Assembly (NCBI GenBank): GCA_000934665.2
Contig: KZ538023.1
Coordinates: 62,001 to 126,000 of the forward strand
Source of the DNA: Catajapyx aquilonaris
Taxonomy: Eukaryota
Direction: 5' to 3'
Length of the DNA: 64,000 bases
The notes beneath the pieces were generated by a model. It worked only from the letters and a program-made list of their open reading frames with translations. It ran no database searches and was not told the DNA's origin. Shown one piece after another: positions 1-11,700 of the stretch. Every line of letters begins with the position of its first letter. Position 1 is the first letter of the stretch. A program made the position numbers and the translations under genes.

Positions 1-147
1 CGAGGCGAGCAAAAAGGCAACAAAACAGGAACGATATTAATTCCCGAATCCAAAGAGCAAGTACTGAATGCCTACAAAAAGCAGGCAAAATCCCAAGTAC
101 TTGATCATGCCTAGGAGGGTACTTAGGAACTGTGTTAGGAGGCTTAC

Positions 148-1186
148 GTATTTGGCCAGGAATGATCGGTTGTCTTTGGTTTCGCCCCTTTCTTTCGCCA
201 GACGTTCTTGCTCCAGTTTTTGGATGTAACTGGCCGTGTCAGGGCTGGGGGAAAAAACAAATGGTAAGAAGCTGCTTGATAAAATGCATTCATTATTGTT
301 CAGCGCTACATACACAGGTCCCGGTTCCATCTGCTGCACCAGAACAGTGGTGTTGAATCTCTGCAGATCTGCGTCCCGAAGTGGGAATATTTCTGTCGGA
401 GGCATAGCCACGGGGTTGAGGGTCACGCTGATCACATTTCCTACGTGGTCGAGGTTCACCGTTATGTAGTCGGACAGCCGGGACTCGTACAGCGAATGCT
501 GGAAACATCAGCTCGTTAAAGTCAACGTCTATTGCGTTAAGTTGGTATTGCCAGTCGGTACATACATGATCGCGGGGTTAGAATTACAAGGTTGTAACTA
601 CATAGGATTTTCATTGCGGTTACAACCTTGTAATTCTCACCCTGCGATACGTGTTGTTGGAGTACACAATTGCAAACCAGGTCAATTCTGAATTATAATA
701 ATTAATATGCCTCCTTTTTTGCTCACGGCTACTGCTACTGTTACACGAGATCATACCCCTTTGAGGAAGGTTAGGAACGTCGACTCCGCGCCATCCGTGT
801 TCTTGCATACAGTCTGCACTCTGTACAGCCCATCCTTCTGTATCAGCACCTACAAAGGACACACACCACTATTATTATGAATATGATTATTATGCTGATC
901 GTACTTTGAGCTTCCGCCTTTCCTCCTCGGTGAGTGGGTTCTGCGTAATGGAAGTGAGTCCGGCTGCCACGCTCCTTATGTGGACCGTCCCTCTCAAGGT
1001 GAACTCAGGGTCCGGATGAGTGTCCAAAGCATGGTTGAGCGTAAGGGTTAGATGCTTATCGTAATCAAATTCCATCTGGAATATGATGCGGGTTTAGAGC
1101 CCAGTACTTTCAACAAACCCAATTGTACTTACTCCTAGTGCTATGCTGAGTAGACAAACGAGTATGTGAAGCCACTGGACCATCAT
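148..1186 (-). CDS. EMC10: ER membrane protein complex subunit 10, 3'-partial (terminal TM exon lies left of the window)
   Basis: Exons 1186-1133 (signal peptide MMVQWLHILVCLLSIALG), 1075-905 (MEFDYDKHLTLTLNHALD...), 849-757 (VLIQKDGLYRVQ...FLTFLKG) and 498-148 (HSLYESRLSDYITVNLD...PDTASYIQKLEQERLAKERGETKDNRSFLAKY). All introns are phase-0 GT-AG. SLYESRLSD, PDTA.YIQKLE.E and DNRSFLAKY are hallmark EMC10 motifs; the expected WMYI.. exon is not in the window. Confidence 0.93.
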
Positions 1187-1356
1187 TTTTTGGTTATTAT
1201 TTTTTCAATATTTTTTTTTTTCAAGACTAGAGAGGCAGGTCACCAGATTTTTGTTCTGCAGTTGTGGACAAATAATGTTCAATAGTGCAATCGATCCAGT
1301 GCTGACGAAACAGAAAACGATACCAAATAATTTGCGGATACCATCGACGATCAAAG
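1187..1356. promoter_or_regulatory. Compact divergent (bidirectional) promoter region between EMC10 and AASDH
   Basis: Only 170 bp separate the two divergent start codons (1186 minus, 1357 plus). No specific core motif is assigned. Confidence 0.6.
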
Positions 1357-4300
1357 ATGGCGGCAGATTTTCGAACGTGAGTTTTCTTCTGTTTGCAATA
1401 TTATTATTATTATTTTTTTAAAAATATTTAAACTGTTAGCACCTCCTGATGAAGGCCTCACAACTATTTGGGGGTATTGTACTGATGAGGATGCCATGAT
1501 AATAACAACCGGTTGCTATGACAACCGAACATGGACAAACAAACAAGCAGACATACATACACACAACTTTGCCTTTTTTTTATAATAATGGGTGACACTT
1601 TTTTTTGTATTATACAGGAACATTGTGCGTTTGGATGATCTGTTCTTTGCGGTGGCCAAGGAGCATCCGGAACGGCATTGTGTCACTTTTGATGATTATG
1701 CAACGGCATCGAAATGCACGTACAAGGAGATGACGAGCGCTGTCGAAAGGGTGAAGGCGGCTTTGCAGAAGCTGGCCGCAGAAGGGGAGACAATTGGAAT
1801 TGCGGTTGAAGCGTCGCTTGTTTTTCCTGCGGTGATTCTTGGGTAATTTTATTGGCACGCTTCATATATGATGTGTAATAATTGCGCTGCTTTTTTTAAT
1901 GTTGTAGCGTACTTGCTGCGAGGATGTCGTTTGCGTACCTGAACAGTGAGAGGTTTGTGAAGAAATGTGGCGTCAGGTTCTGCTTCAAGAGCGAGGATTC
2001 GCTGCTGCCTTTCGGAACGACAGTGGTACAGAAATTGATGTTGATGAATACGGAGTTGGAATTGGTGAAGTTGAATGAATGTGGGGAAGTCGCGGACTGT
2101 CATGTGGAAATTGCTTATGTTATGCATACTTCTGGGACTACAGGAGAGCCCAAAGTAGTGCGAGTTCCACACAGCTGCATCGTACCCAACGTAATTAACT
2201 TGAGGTACGCTCATAACATTTTATTGCCTAATAAGTCAAGGCCTATTAGTGTAATGCGAAGAGATTTTCATCTAACCGCATGCATTTTAGTAGATTTGAT
2301 TAGATGTGACTATAGCACATTAATATGACGATTGTATTTCAGAAAAACTTTTGATGTCCGGCAAACAGACACTGTGTTCATGTCGTCTCCGCCAACATTT
2401 GATCCATCAGTGGTCGACATTTTTATGGCTCTGTCCACTGGGGCCATGCTGTTACTAGTCCCGGAGAGTCGTAAGTGTCAGCCTGCGGTACTGTGTGAAT
2501 TGCTGTTCTGCAGGAACAAAACCAGCGTGATTCAAGCTACTCCAACTTTGTTGTGTCGATTTGGCAACAAGTTGCTCAAGAGCACTGTACTCGCAGCCGA
2601 ATCGCCACTAAGAATATTGGCACTTGGGGGAGAAAAGTGTCAGCGAGTGGAGACTCTGCGGAGTTGGAAGGCGGATGGAAATCACACACGAATTTTCAAC
2701 CTGTACGGCATAACCGAAGTGTCATGTTGGGCTACAGTTGCGGAAGTCAATTTTTCACAAGCTTGCGGGGATGTTCCATTGGGAAAGCCTTTGAAAGACA
2801 CTCTAGTTGAAGTTAGGAAAGTGACCGAATGGGAACTGAAGGCAGAGGAAGGTGTCATGTTTGTTGGTTAGTTTGCAGTACTTGTGCTATGAAAATGTTA
2901 TGTGCCTGAATTAAAATATTTGCTGTCATTTCAGGAAGCAAGACAAGGAAATGTCAAATTGATGATGAGGTGCTGGACAATTCATCAGAGCTAAAAATGA
3001 GGTGCACTGGAGATATTGTGAGAGCAGAGGGTTCAGACATGTACTACGTGAGTCGTGTGGATGACATTGTAAAGCGGCATGGGAAGAAAGTGCACTTGGC
3101 CATGCTGGAAGATGAGGCTTGTCGACTCTTGGGTGACTCCGTCCAGTGTGCGGCCTGCTTCTGTCCTGAAACGCAACGTCTGGGTCTGTTCCTCGTCGGA
3201 AAGTGTCAGTTTGAGAGAAGCAAGTTGCATGTTCCAAGTGCGTTAATTCCTGACTATGTTATGCAGATAGATTCAGTGCCGATGACTCAGCATGGAAAAG
3301 TCGATAGGAAAACGTTAGCTAAAATGATGGTAAATGATTTGGAAAAGACATACATACCACTAAGTAGAGATGAAATTATAAATATAATCAGTGAGGTGTG
3401 GTGCAACTGGATCAATGATACTCCTAGGACAGACCATAATTTTTGCATTCACGGTGGTGATTCTTTGAAAGCTGTCCATTTTTGCAGTGACGTAGAGCAG
3501 CGTCTGGGATTCAACTTGTGCCAACTGTTAGACAAGGTGTTGCACTGCACATATAATATTGTGTGTGATTATGTTTGCGAGAGTGCACTACAATTGGAGG
3601 TGGAAGCGGTGGCTCCAAAGCGACTCAAACTGAGTGAGAAACGAGTGCAAGTGTCTGGTTCCACAGGTCAGATAAGTTGGGTTTGTCGAGGCAGGACATC
3701 AGGTCAAGTGCCTGCAACAACTGGTGTTTGGACACTACAATTATTGTGGAGTTATGACACAGGAAAATGTGTCGATTCTTCTCCTCTTGTCATCAAAATG
3801 AATGAGTAAGTCTGCCAGCACATACAATAACATGAATATTATCATGTAAATAGTGTGAGCTCAGTTTTATTGTTGTTACCAAATTGCTTTGTGATGGAAG
3901 CTTTTGATTGACACCACTCTTGTGATGGATTGATTGACTCGTTATTTTTTCAGTGGAACTAGTCGAGTGGTTGTGGGATCGCACTCACACAAAGTGTTCT
4001 GCATTGATGTGGACTCGGGAAAGGAAGTGTGGTGCATGGAACTTGGAGACAGGGTCGAGTCATCGCCTTGTGGTTCGCCATGTGGTGCATTCATATACAT
4101 AGGTATGCGCTAGTTCTCTCGCTGATCAGTAATAGAATATAACGTACATCATATAATTTTAAAAAAATTACCAGTTGCTAATAGTTTTATTTCCAGGACC
4201 GAATTTGCAATGAATAGTTTTTAAGACCTGTTTATACCAAAATTTAAGTCCGCTTATTTTCCAGGTTGCTATGATCATTGCCTGTACTGCCTGTCACTCA

Positions 4301-5115
4301 ATTCGGGTGAAATAAAATGGTTGTTCAGAACTGAAGGTGAAGTCAAAAGTACACCGTCGTCAGCTTTCCTGTCAGTGCAGACCATTGTTGTCTTTGGGAG
4401 TCATGACCATCACTTGTACTGCGTTGATGGCGAGGTAAGCATGTTGGATGCAGAATGAGATCGATGTGACGTGAACATATTTCAGAACGGATGTCTGATC
4501 TGGAGGCGTAAAGTTGGGAACGGAAGTGTCTTCAGCTCTCCATTGATTGATGGAGACTCAGTGTTCGCCTGCACTTTGGATGGAATATGCGGAGCTTTTG
4601 ACATTCAATCTGGAGATATGAAATGGACCGCCAGAATTGGCAAGCCCATCTTCTCCTCCCCGTCGTCGTGTGAGGCTGGTGTGCTCTTTGGATGTGTTGA
4701 TGGCAACCTGTACTGTTACTCAAGGACGGGAGAGAAGTTGTGGCAGTTTGATGTTTCTGCACCTATATTCTCATCGCCTTGCATAACAAACCATGGGATT
4801 CTTATCGGATCACATAAACCGGGCCTTCATTGTCTGGATCAGTCGGGACATTGTCTGTGGGAAGTTAAGATGTCCGCCGCTGTGTATGGTGTTCCGTTTG
4901 CATTTTCTGCTTCAAGCAAGTTGCATGTAGCGTCTTGTACCAGCAACGGTTATCTTCAAATTCACTCCCTGAAAGACGTAGAATTAGAGGCGCAGTATAA
5001 GTTTCCAGGCGAAGTGTTCTCATCCCCAGTTGTGTTTGGCGATAAACTCATTGTTGGCTGCAGGGACAACAATCTGTACTGCATGAGTTGGACTAATAAG
5101 CCTGAATCTAAATAA
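1357..5115 (+). CDS. AASDH: Beta-alanine-activating enzyme / ACSF4 (NRPS-like: adenylation domain, phosphopantetheine carrier, PQQ-like beta-propeller), 961 aa
   Basis: Exons 1357-1376, 1618-1842, 1908-2204, 2343-2866, 2935-3805, 3954-4102, 4265-4434, 4486-5115 (2886 nt, frame consistent, GT-AG). Motifs: YVMHTSGTTGEPK (AMP-binding), FNLYGITEVSCWA, CTGD, HGKVDR, carrier HGGDSL, and repeated VDSSP/VFSSP/IFSSP propeller blades. Confidence 0.95.
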
Positions 5116-5989
5116 AACCAAACCAGATGTGATTTTATTAATACCAATAGCAGTTGCTTCAATTTCATGAAAATACCACCTGAGCTGACATGTCCTTCAT
5201 GAACACATGACAGATTACTTTCTGCACCACCTAATTGTGTACACAGGGAGGGGCTTTGCACGTTTACAAATGACTGGAGCAAGTAATACATCACATATTT
5301 TACCATATGACAAATTGTGGGAAAAGTAGGCCGTGTACTGTACACAACAAGGCACAGCAACTCCTCCCCATGGCCCAAAAGTAAACAAATTTGGTAATTG
5401 CCATTGATTCCGCTCTATTTAGCGTCTCTTACAGACAGGTACTGTGTGCACAACATGGAATATCGTAAAATATACTCGTGAGATTTTACGCAAGATATTG
5501 AGCCCACACACTAACCTTGCTCTTCCGATGCTTCCGATGTACTCTTCATTTTCACTGAATATCTGTATCGACATGAAATAATTATTATTTTATTTATTTA
5601 TTTAATGTTACCGGCTGTGATAGGCGGGTGGAACGCCACCGTTACATGAAATTATTATTAAACTGCCCATCGCAAGTCGCACAACATTTTAACGGCTGGT
5701 TAATGAAACCATGTAAATCGAGTAATTGCACCTGTGTACCATACCTATGTACCGCTATGTACCATATCAAATGCCCCGCCCTTTTTTCAAAAAAATAAAA
5801 AAAACAGGCGAGGCACCATTTCACATTATTTCCAACCCTGACTTTAAACGGCTTTTAAACTTTTGATTTTTTAAAAAAATGGCGCTAAATATGAATGGTG
5901 GTTAGTTTGCTGTTAGGATCTTTTTTTTTTTTTTTGGGATTGTGTCTTATCATGTGTGTGTGTGTGGGTGTGTGTGGATGTGTGGACGT

Positions 5990-6199
5990 GTTTGGTGTTG
6001 GCGGAGGAGAGGAGGCAGCTAGTGGCAGTGGGGAGAGAAAAGGGGAGCATCATCAGTCGGGAGTTTGATTGCGTGCAGGGAGGGTGTCTCTTGTTTGCCA
6101 TCTCAAAAAAACCATTTTATTGTGTACCCACTGTACCCGTGTGTGTGTGGACCAACCACAAGGATGTGACTGTAGGGGTTGTCCTGAGGGAAGAAGAAG
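5990..6199 (+). other. Candidate non-coding 5' UTR exon of the ATP10-class gene (start coordinate approximate)
   Basis: Purine/GT-rich leader ends in donor AAG|GTAACG at 6199. A matching acceptor TTTTTTTCCCGATTGGCAG| lies at 8773, just before the ATP10 ATG. No in-frame ATG was found in this segment. Confidence 0.35.
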
Positions 6200-7705
6200 G
6201 TAACGGTCACACTTTTTTTTTTTTTTTAGGGGGGTGGGCCATATTATGTCCGGGTTTCAAGTTCGGGCCTATCCTGACAGTGCCCTTGAATTTTGAGGAG
6301 GGGGATTGTTTAGTGGTTTAGTATATATGGTACAGGTGAATGACGTCATTTGGATTTAACCGATCGTTTAATTATAAACCGTCGGTCAACAAACTGGCTG
6401 TTGACCTTTTGACCCAGGATGTAAGGGTAAGGGGATATCAGTGTACTATACTACTATAACTGGTCATTAATTAATGGCAGTAAAATAAAATGCATCAGAC
6501 AATGTAAATGGTCAGTACGCAGGCCAGTAATTTTTTTGCTAAAGCTTGTAAGCATCTGCACAAAGGATATTTCATATTTCCATGACTTATTAATTAAAAT
6601 TGGGGTAAAATACTGACTTGCAATGCTGTGCACTTCATTGTACGGTTTATTACAGTCACATGTAAGTGACCGGTACAAAGGCATATCGGTCGTAGTTTGC
6701 AATTGGAAATGACCAAAATTTTGTGCCCAAACATGCATCCAGCGAAAGCTTAATTTTTCTAGATTGAACGGTGAACGCTGCACAAATTTTTAATAAACGT
6801 ACAAAGGCTCAGTCGTACAATATAGGAAATTGCAAATAATTTTAGCCTAAACTTGCATCTGGTGTAGACCCAATGTGCACAAACACTGTACAATTTTTAA
6901 TAATAATTTTTAATAATAATTTTTAATAAATGGTTCCTGCTGATAGACCCAATTTTTGGATTCCTGTTTATATAGTCTGGCTTTGTAGATTATCTCATGT
7001 TAAGTAGACCGTGATGCAATGTACAAGCGGCCAGCTCACCTCCTATAGTCTTAAGGGTTTTTTTTTGTGATATGGATGTAGGACAAATGTCGCAATTTGC
7101 AGGATCCTTAATTGAAGGAGAAATTATTATGGGGGTCCAAGGACCTGTATTAATGGATTTAAGTTGAAGGAAGTACAACAAAAAAAAACCATGTTTGCAT
7201 GACCAAAGTTTGCTTTTCTTGCTGCTCAGCCCTTGACTGATGGCATGTGAAGTCCAAAGGCCCTTTTTAAGCCTGGCATGAATAATGGAAGGCGCCCGGT
7301 TAGTAAGTCATTAATGTAGCTACTTCCATGTCTTGAATTGACGAGTGACATATGAGGAAAGCAATGAATATATGTTACCATTTGCATTGATCAAGAAAAA
7401 GGCTTGTATTGAATTCTAAACCATGCGTTCGCTTTGCAGGTGTACCGCGCACACGGTTCATGATTTTCCTTCAAGTTTTAATTTTTATTGGCCTGAACTA
7501 TGGCTAGTATTCGTGCCAGCTGCTTGTAACGTGAAATGGGTGGTCTCAATATCAATGGAAGGAAATATGATCTATTGCCTTTTCATGCAAGGACCTATCC
7601 CACTGTCCAATTAGATGTTAAAGTTGTTATTGATTAGGTTAGACATGTCGAGTGGGTGTAGTGGAGTTCATCGGTGTCTATTGATGTGGGCACACTTCAT
7701 GCCGA

Positions 7706-8030
7706 ATGTATGAAGTACTTAAAGGCAAACCTGTCGGGTGTAATAACTGCAAGATTTTCATACAGTACGTTGAGTACTGGCTCTTGTTGAACGTTATGCA
7801 GACTTGTAATTGCTGGAGTGCAGCATTACTGATCTGTAATATCCTATTGTACAGTATGAAATGTATAAGTACATGAAAGGCTAATAATAATTGTAAGATT
7901 TTTATACAGTATGTTACGTACTGGCTCCTGTGAAATTTTCACGTTTAACGTTATGTAGAATTTTGTAACTACTGCATGGCTTGTGGCATGTAAAGAAAAG
8001 ATTTATCTGTAGTATCCTAATGTGCAGTAC
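7706..8030 (+). repeat. Degenerate tandem duplication, 2 units of ~155-170 bp
   Basis: Shared blocks AAGATTTTYATACAGTA, GTACTGGCTC, AACGTTATG and ATCTGTARTATCCTA each occur twice in the same order. Confidence 0.6.
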
Positions 8031-8786
8031 AGCTAGTAATTTTCCACAAAATTTATTACACACTTGTTGCTTATATCTGATGGTTACAGCTGCACGAGAC
8101 TGAGCTATTACGACTGTACATGTGTTTTTTTGTACATGGCCATAATGTCAGACCTAGTTTGCTTTTACACTATGAACTTGTAGATTCTTTTTTTCATTTT
8201 TTTTAAGGATGCAAGGTTAGTGTGTGCCCCATTTTCCCCTGAGGATAACAAAGAGAGGGAATTCCCCTCTTGTCAGCAGCTGTGTGGGAGTTAAAAGAAT
8301 TACAACCCTTTTGACCCCTGAAGTTACTTTGTAATTAGTTCGGAGAAAGGGCCAGTGTAACCTGAGATTTTCCGAGAAAAAACCGTCAAAGAGAGTTAAG
8401 GTTTCAAGACGATCAATTTTTTACTAAGCTCTCAGTGTTGTTGTCGTATCGATGATGCATAGTGTGAGGAAGTGGAAAATGTTTCGCTGTCTACACGACC
8501 GTGACGTGAGACGTCAACAATATGTCATCAAAAACGACCTTGCTCTTTTTTTTTAAAAAAAAAGCTGATTAGGACGGGGCAAATATAGAGTCCGCGGTTC
8601 AAGAGGAATATTGTTGTTTCGAAAGACAGTTGATCGGTTACGATTAACGATGTGGCTTCCACCACCGCAGGCCGCAGGTGTAGAAAAAAATGCCAGCGAA
8701 GTTTTTTTTCTAGTCTTTCGCGAGTGACCAACGAGTGTTAATGTGGTGTTGTCATTTTTTTCCCGATTGGCAGATGTGCTACCAGC

Positions 8787-11700
8787 ATGTCGGAGAGTAC
8801 GGAGCAGCAATGTGCCACGTATGTGTTTCCCAAGAGTTTTCTGTCCAGTGCGAGCCAATCGACAGCGTCGTCGATGGAGGGGTTGGAAGGGGCCGGAGGG
8901 GGTGGGGCGGCGTCGACGTCGACGTCGTTTCCAGCGGCAACGACGTCCCCGACAGAAGTGGTAGTCGTCGGAAGCGTCGCGTCGAGCAAGGGCCACATCA
9001 GGAGTGCCAGCCACGGAGGTGTGGTCTCCTCGTGGTCTGTCAGCAGGGGAGCCCTTGTTGGAGGAGGAGGAAACAACCCGGCTCATTCGACACTCGTCAA
9101 CTGCCCTCCGACAGTTGGACCACCCATGCTCATCAAGGGACACACCAGGGCCAGATCCCATGGCCAGATTGGCGATGGGTATGGCCTGCAGGGACCACCA
9201 ACCGCCTCAGGTTTAGTACCTTCTTATCTTTAGCTTCTGGCACAGGGGCCATGTGGCCAATGTGGCTCACATTTGGAAAAATAAAAAGAACCATCTGGGG
9301 GACCCTTGTTATAATGAGGAAAACAAATTTGTTGGCTAATCTGACTTGCATATTGAATGTTTGGCTGGGGTAATTGAGGCGGGACATGCAGGTCGTGCTG
9401 TATGCGGAGTCAAATGGGGTTAACGCCTGGAACTTATTCAGGGCCCGATGAGGTTAACACCTGCTACGTATTGGCCAATGTGCACTTACTAATAATAATA
9501 CTGATGTGGATGCAGGAGAAATAATGTCAGATTAATTAGTTGCCGGTTTCACCAAGAGCGGTATATGATAAAACTGGGGTTCTTTTGGAAAAATCTCTAC
9601 ATATTTGTATGGATTTTCTGAAAGAACTGCGGTTATATAAAACCGGGGCTCTTTCAGAAAATCTGTACAAGTATGTAAGGATTTTCCTAAAGAACCACAG
9701 TTTTATCATATACCGCTCTTGGTGAAACTAGCCCTAGTTAAGTTAATAATTTGAGTTTATGTATTAGTTTCATACTGACATGAAAAGTTACTATACAAAT
9801 GTTGAGAACAGAAAATGAAAATGTGTAAAAATTCATTACCAATATTGGAAAGTTGCGCGGACAATACATTATTTTGTTGGTGTTTACACTTCGTCCCTTT
9901 CCCATCATGGTTCCAAAGCATGAAATAACACTATTGAGTCAATCGGTTTCGTGAAAGTGAAAGAAAAGTCATTTGTTAACTGCCAACAAAGACATCAGAT
10001 GTCATTTTTACAAAATGTGTTAGTTTTTTTTCCCTGGCTTATGCCCTACAGTGTAGTACTTTACTACTTTCACTGTTTATGCCTCTGAGGCGTACCCGAA
10101 CACAGTACCTGTTTCTCTATGGTCACACCAATTGTCTGATATATTGAGTGGGAAGGTATGTAATATTGAAGTGTGTGCACCACTGCTGAAACTGTCCTTC
10201 GCCTGATGTGACGTAAAGCTTAAGTTCTGACAGCTGTTGATTGATTCACGGAGAGGCATTGCCCAGGTAAAAGCGGTGCACTGAGGAGGAAGTGGATGGA
10301 TGGGAAAATGATTGACACCATTTCACTTTCCATGAATAATTTTGTGTGAGAAGTCTGCAAACCGCGTCTGTTCAAGGTACCTTCCCTAAGGAAATCGGTT
10401 CTTCCATGCAAGCCATTACTTGAAAGTGTTGTTGTAAAAAAAACATATGGTACCGGTACTTTTCACAATGCGTTGACAGTTGGAAGCCGCTGATTACCAT
10501 TTGGGTATATTGAACTATATTTTTACATAATTTCTCTTTATGTCTGAAACATTATGCATGATTAGGAAAAGAGGTGGCGAATGATATGCGGGTAATATTG
10601 GTTCTTTTTTCCTCATGCCCAGAATGGCTCTTCTTGTTCAAGTGTCTCTTTTATATGGAAAGTGGAAGGATGCCAGGTCATTTGAAAGTACAATGCTTCA
10701 TGAGGAAGGCTTTTAGCCTACAGTAGGCTACCGATTTCCGGCTTAACGTGGACTAAAAGAGTGATGCATGCGGCAAACATTGACAGCTTTTTTTTTCAAA
10801 TGCCGATATTGGGCCCTGCATTTATACTTAAAAGGTCATAAACCTAATAGGATATACTGGAGTATCTTGTAAGAAGCAATAAATGTGAAGGGCTTCCGCC
10901 AAGAGCCGATCAGTTATTAGCTCCTGCTTCCGTGAAAGGCTGGAACTGATTGTAGGTTATGTAATGAAACTACTTTACTGAGAAAATAACAGGGCTGCAT
11001 ACACTTTGTTGAATAATTTAAACTAATGCTTGTTGGCCAAGGGGCAGCAGAAAGTCGAGCACAAGGAATGAGGCAACATTCAGGGGAATTTGGCCCATTC
11101 TGGTATATAAGGCCTATTGTGCCATGCTATGTACAAAAGAGTGGTTCAGGACGTACATTTAGGCCATGAGAATATCGACTATCACATCCATAATGTCGCA
11201 TGTATGCCAAAATGATGCTTCGGATATGAAATGGTTTTCTTTTGGTTTGTGTTATGATCAAATGTCTGTCTCTTTCCAGCGTACACTAGTTGGGGCTGGC
11301 AGCACCAGCAGCAGCAGCTCCGTGGGCACAACCGCACTGGCTCCAAGACAGACTTTATCCTCCCCCCTGGACACCATGATCGTGAGCACCAGCGTGCAGT
11401 GTCCCGCACAGACTCGTTCTTCCATGGCCACTCCCGTCAGGCCTCCCGCTCCGAGTCTATCTTCACCTTGCAGACGCCGAGTAGCACCTTCTCTTTGAAG
11501 GAGCGGCTCCTGTTCTGGAGGCGGGGTAAAGGGGGTTGTGCTGTGGAGGACGGGGGGACCAGGTCCGTAGTGCCAAACCATGTGGTGCCTCCAGACACTC
11601 CCTCAAAGCAGCATCCAAACAGGGCTTCACCCAGTAACAACATCAGGACTACAAAGTACACAGTGCTCTCTTTCCTGCCCAAAAACTTGTTCGAGCAGTT

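Noticed and set aside
1..71. Minus-strand IVPVLL-like text suggesting a damaged terminal EMC10 exon
   Set aside because: It lacks the conserved WMY and is better explained as the pyrimidine tract preceding an exon just outside the window.
8553..9161. 202-aa Arg-rich minus-strand ORF
   Set aside because: Antisense shadow of the GC-rich first coding exon of ATP10.
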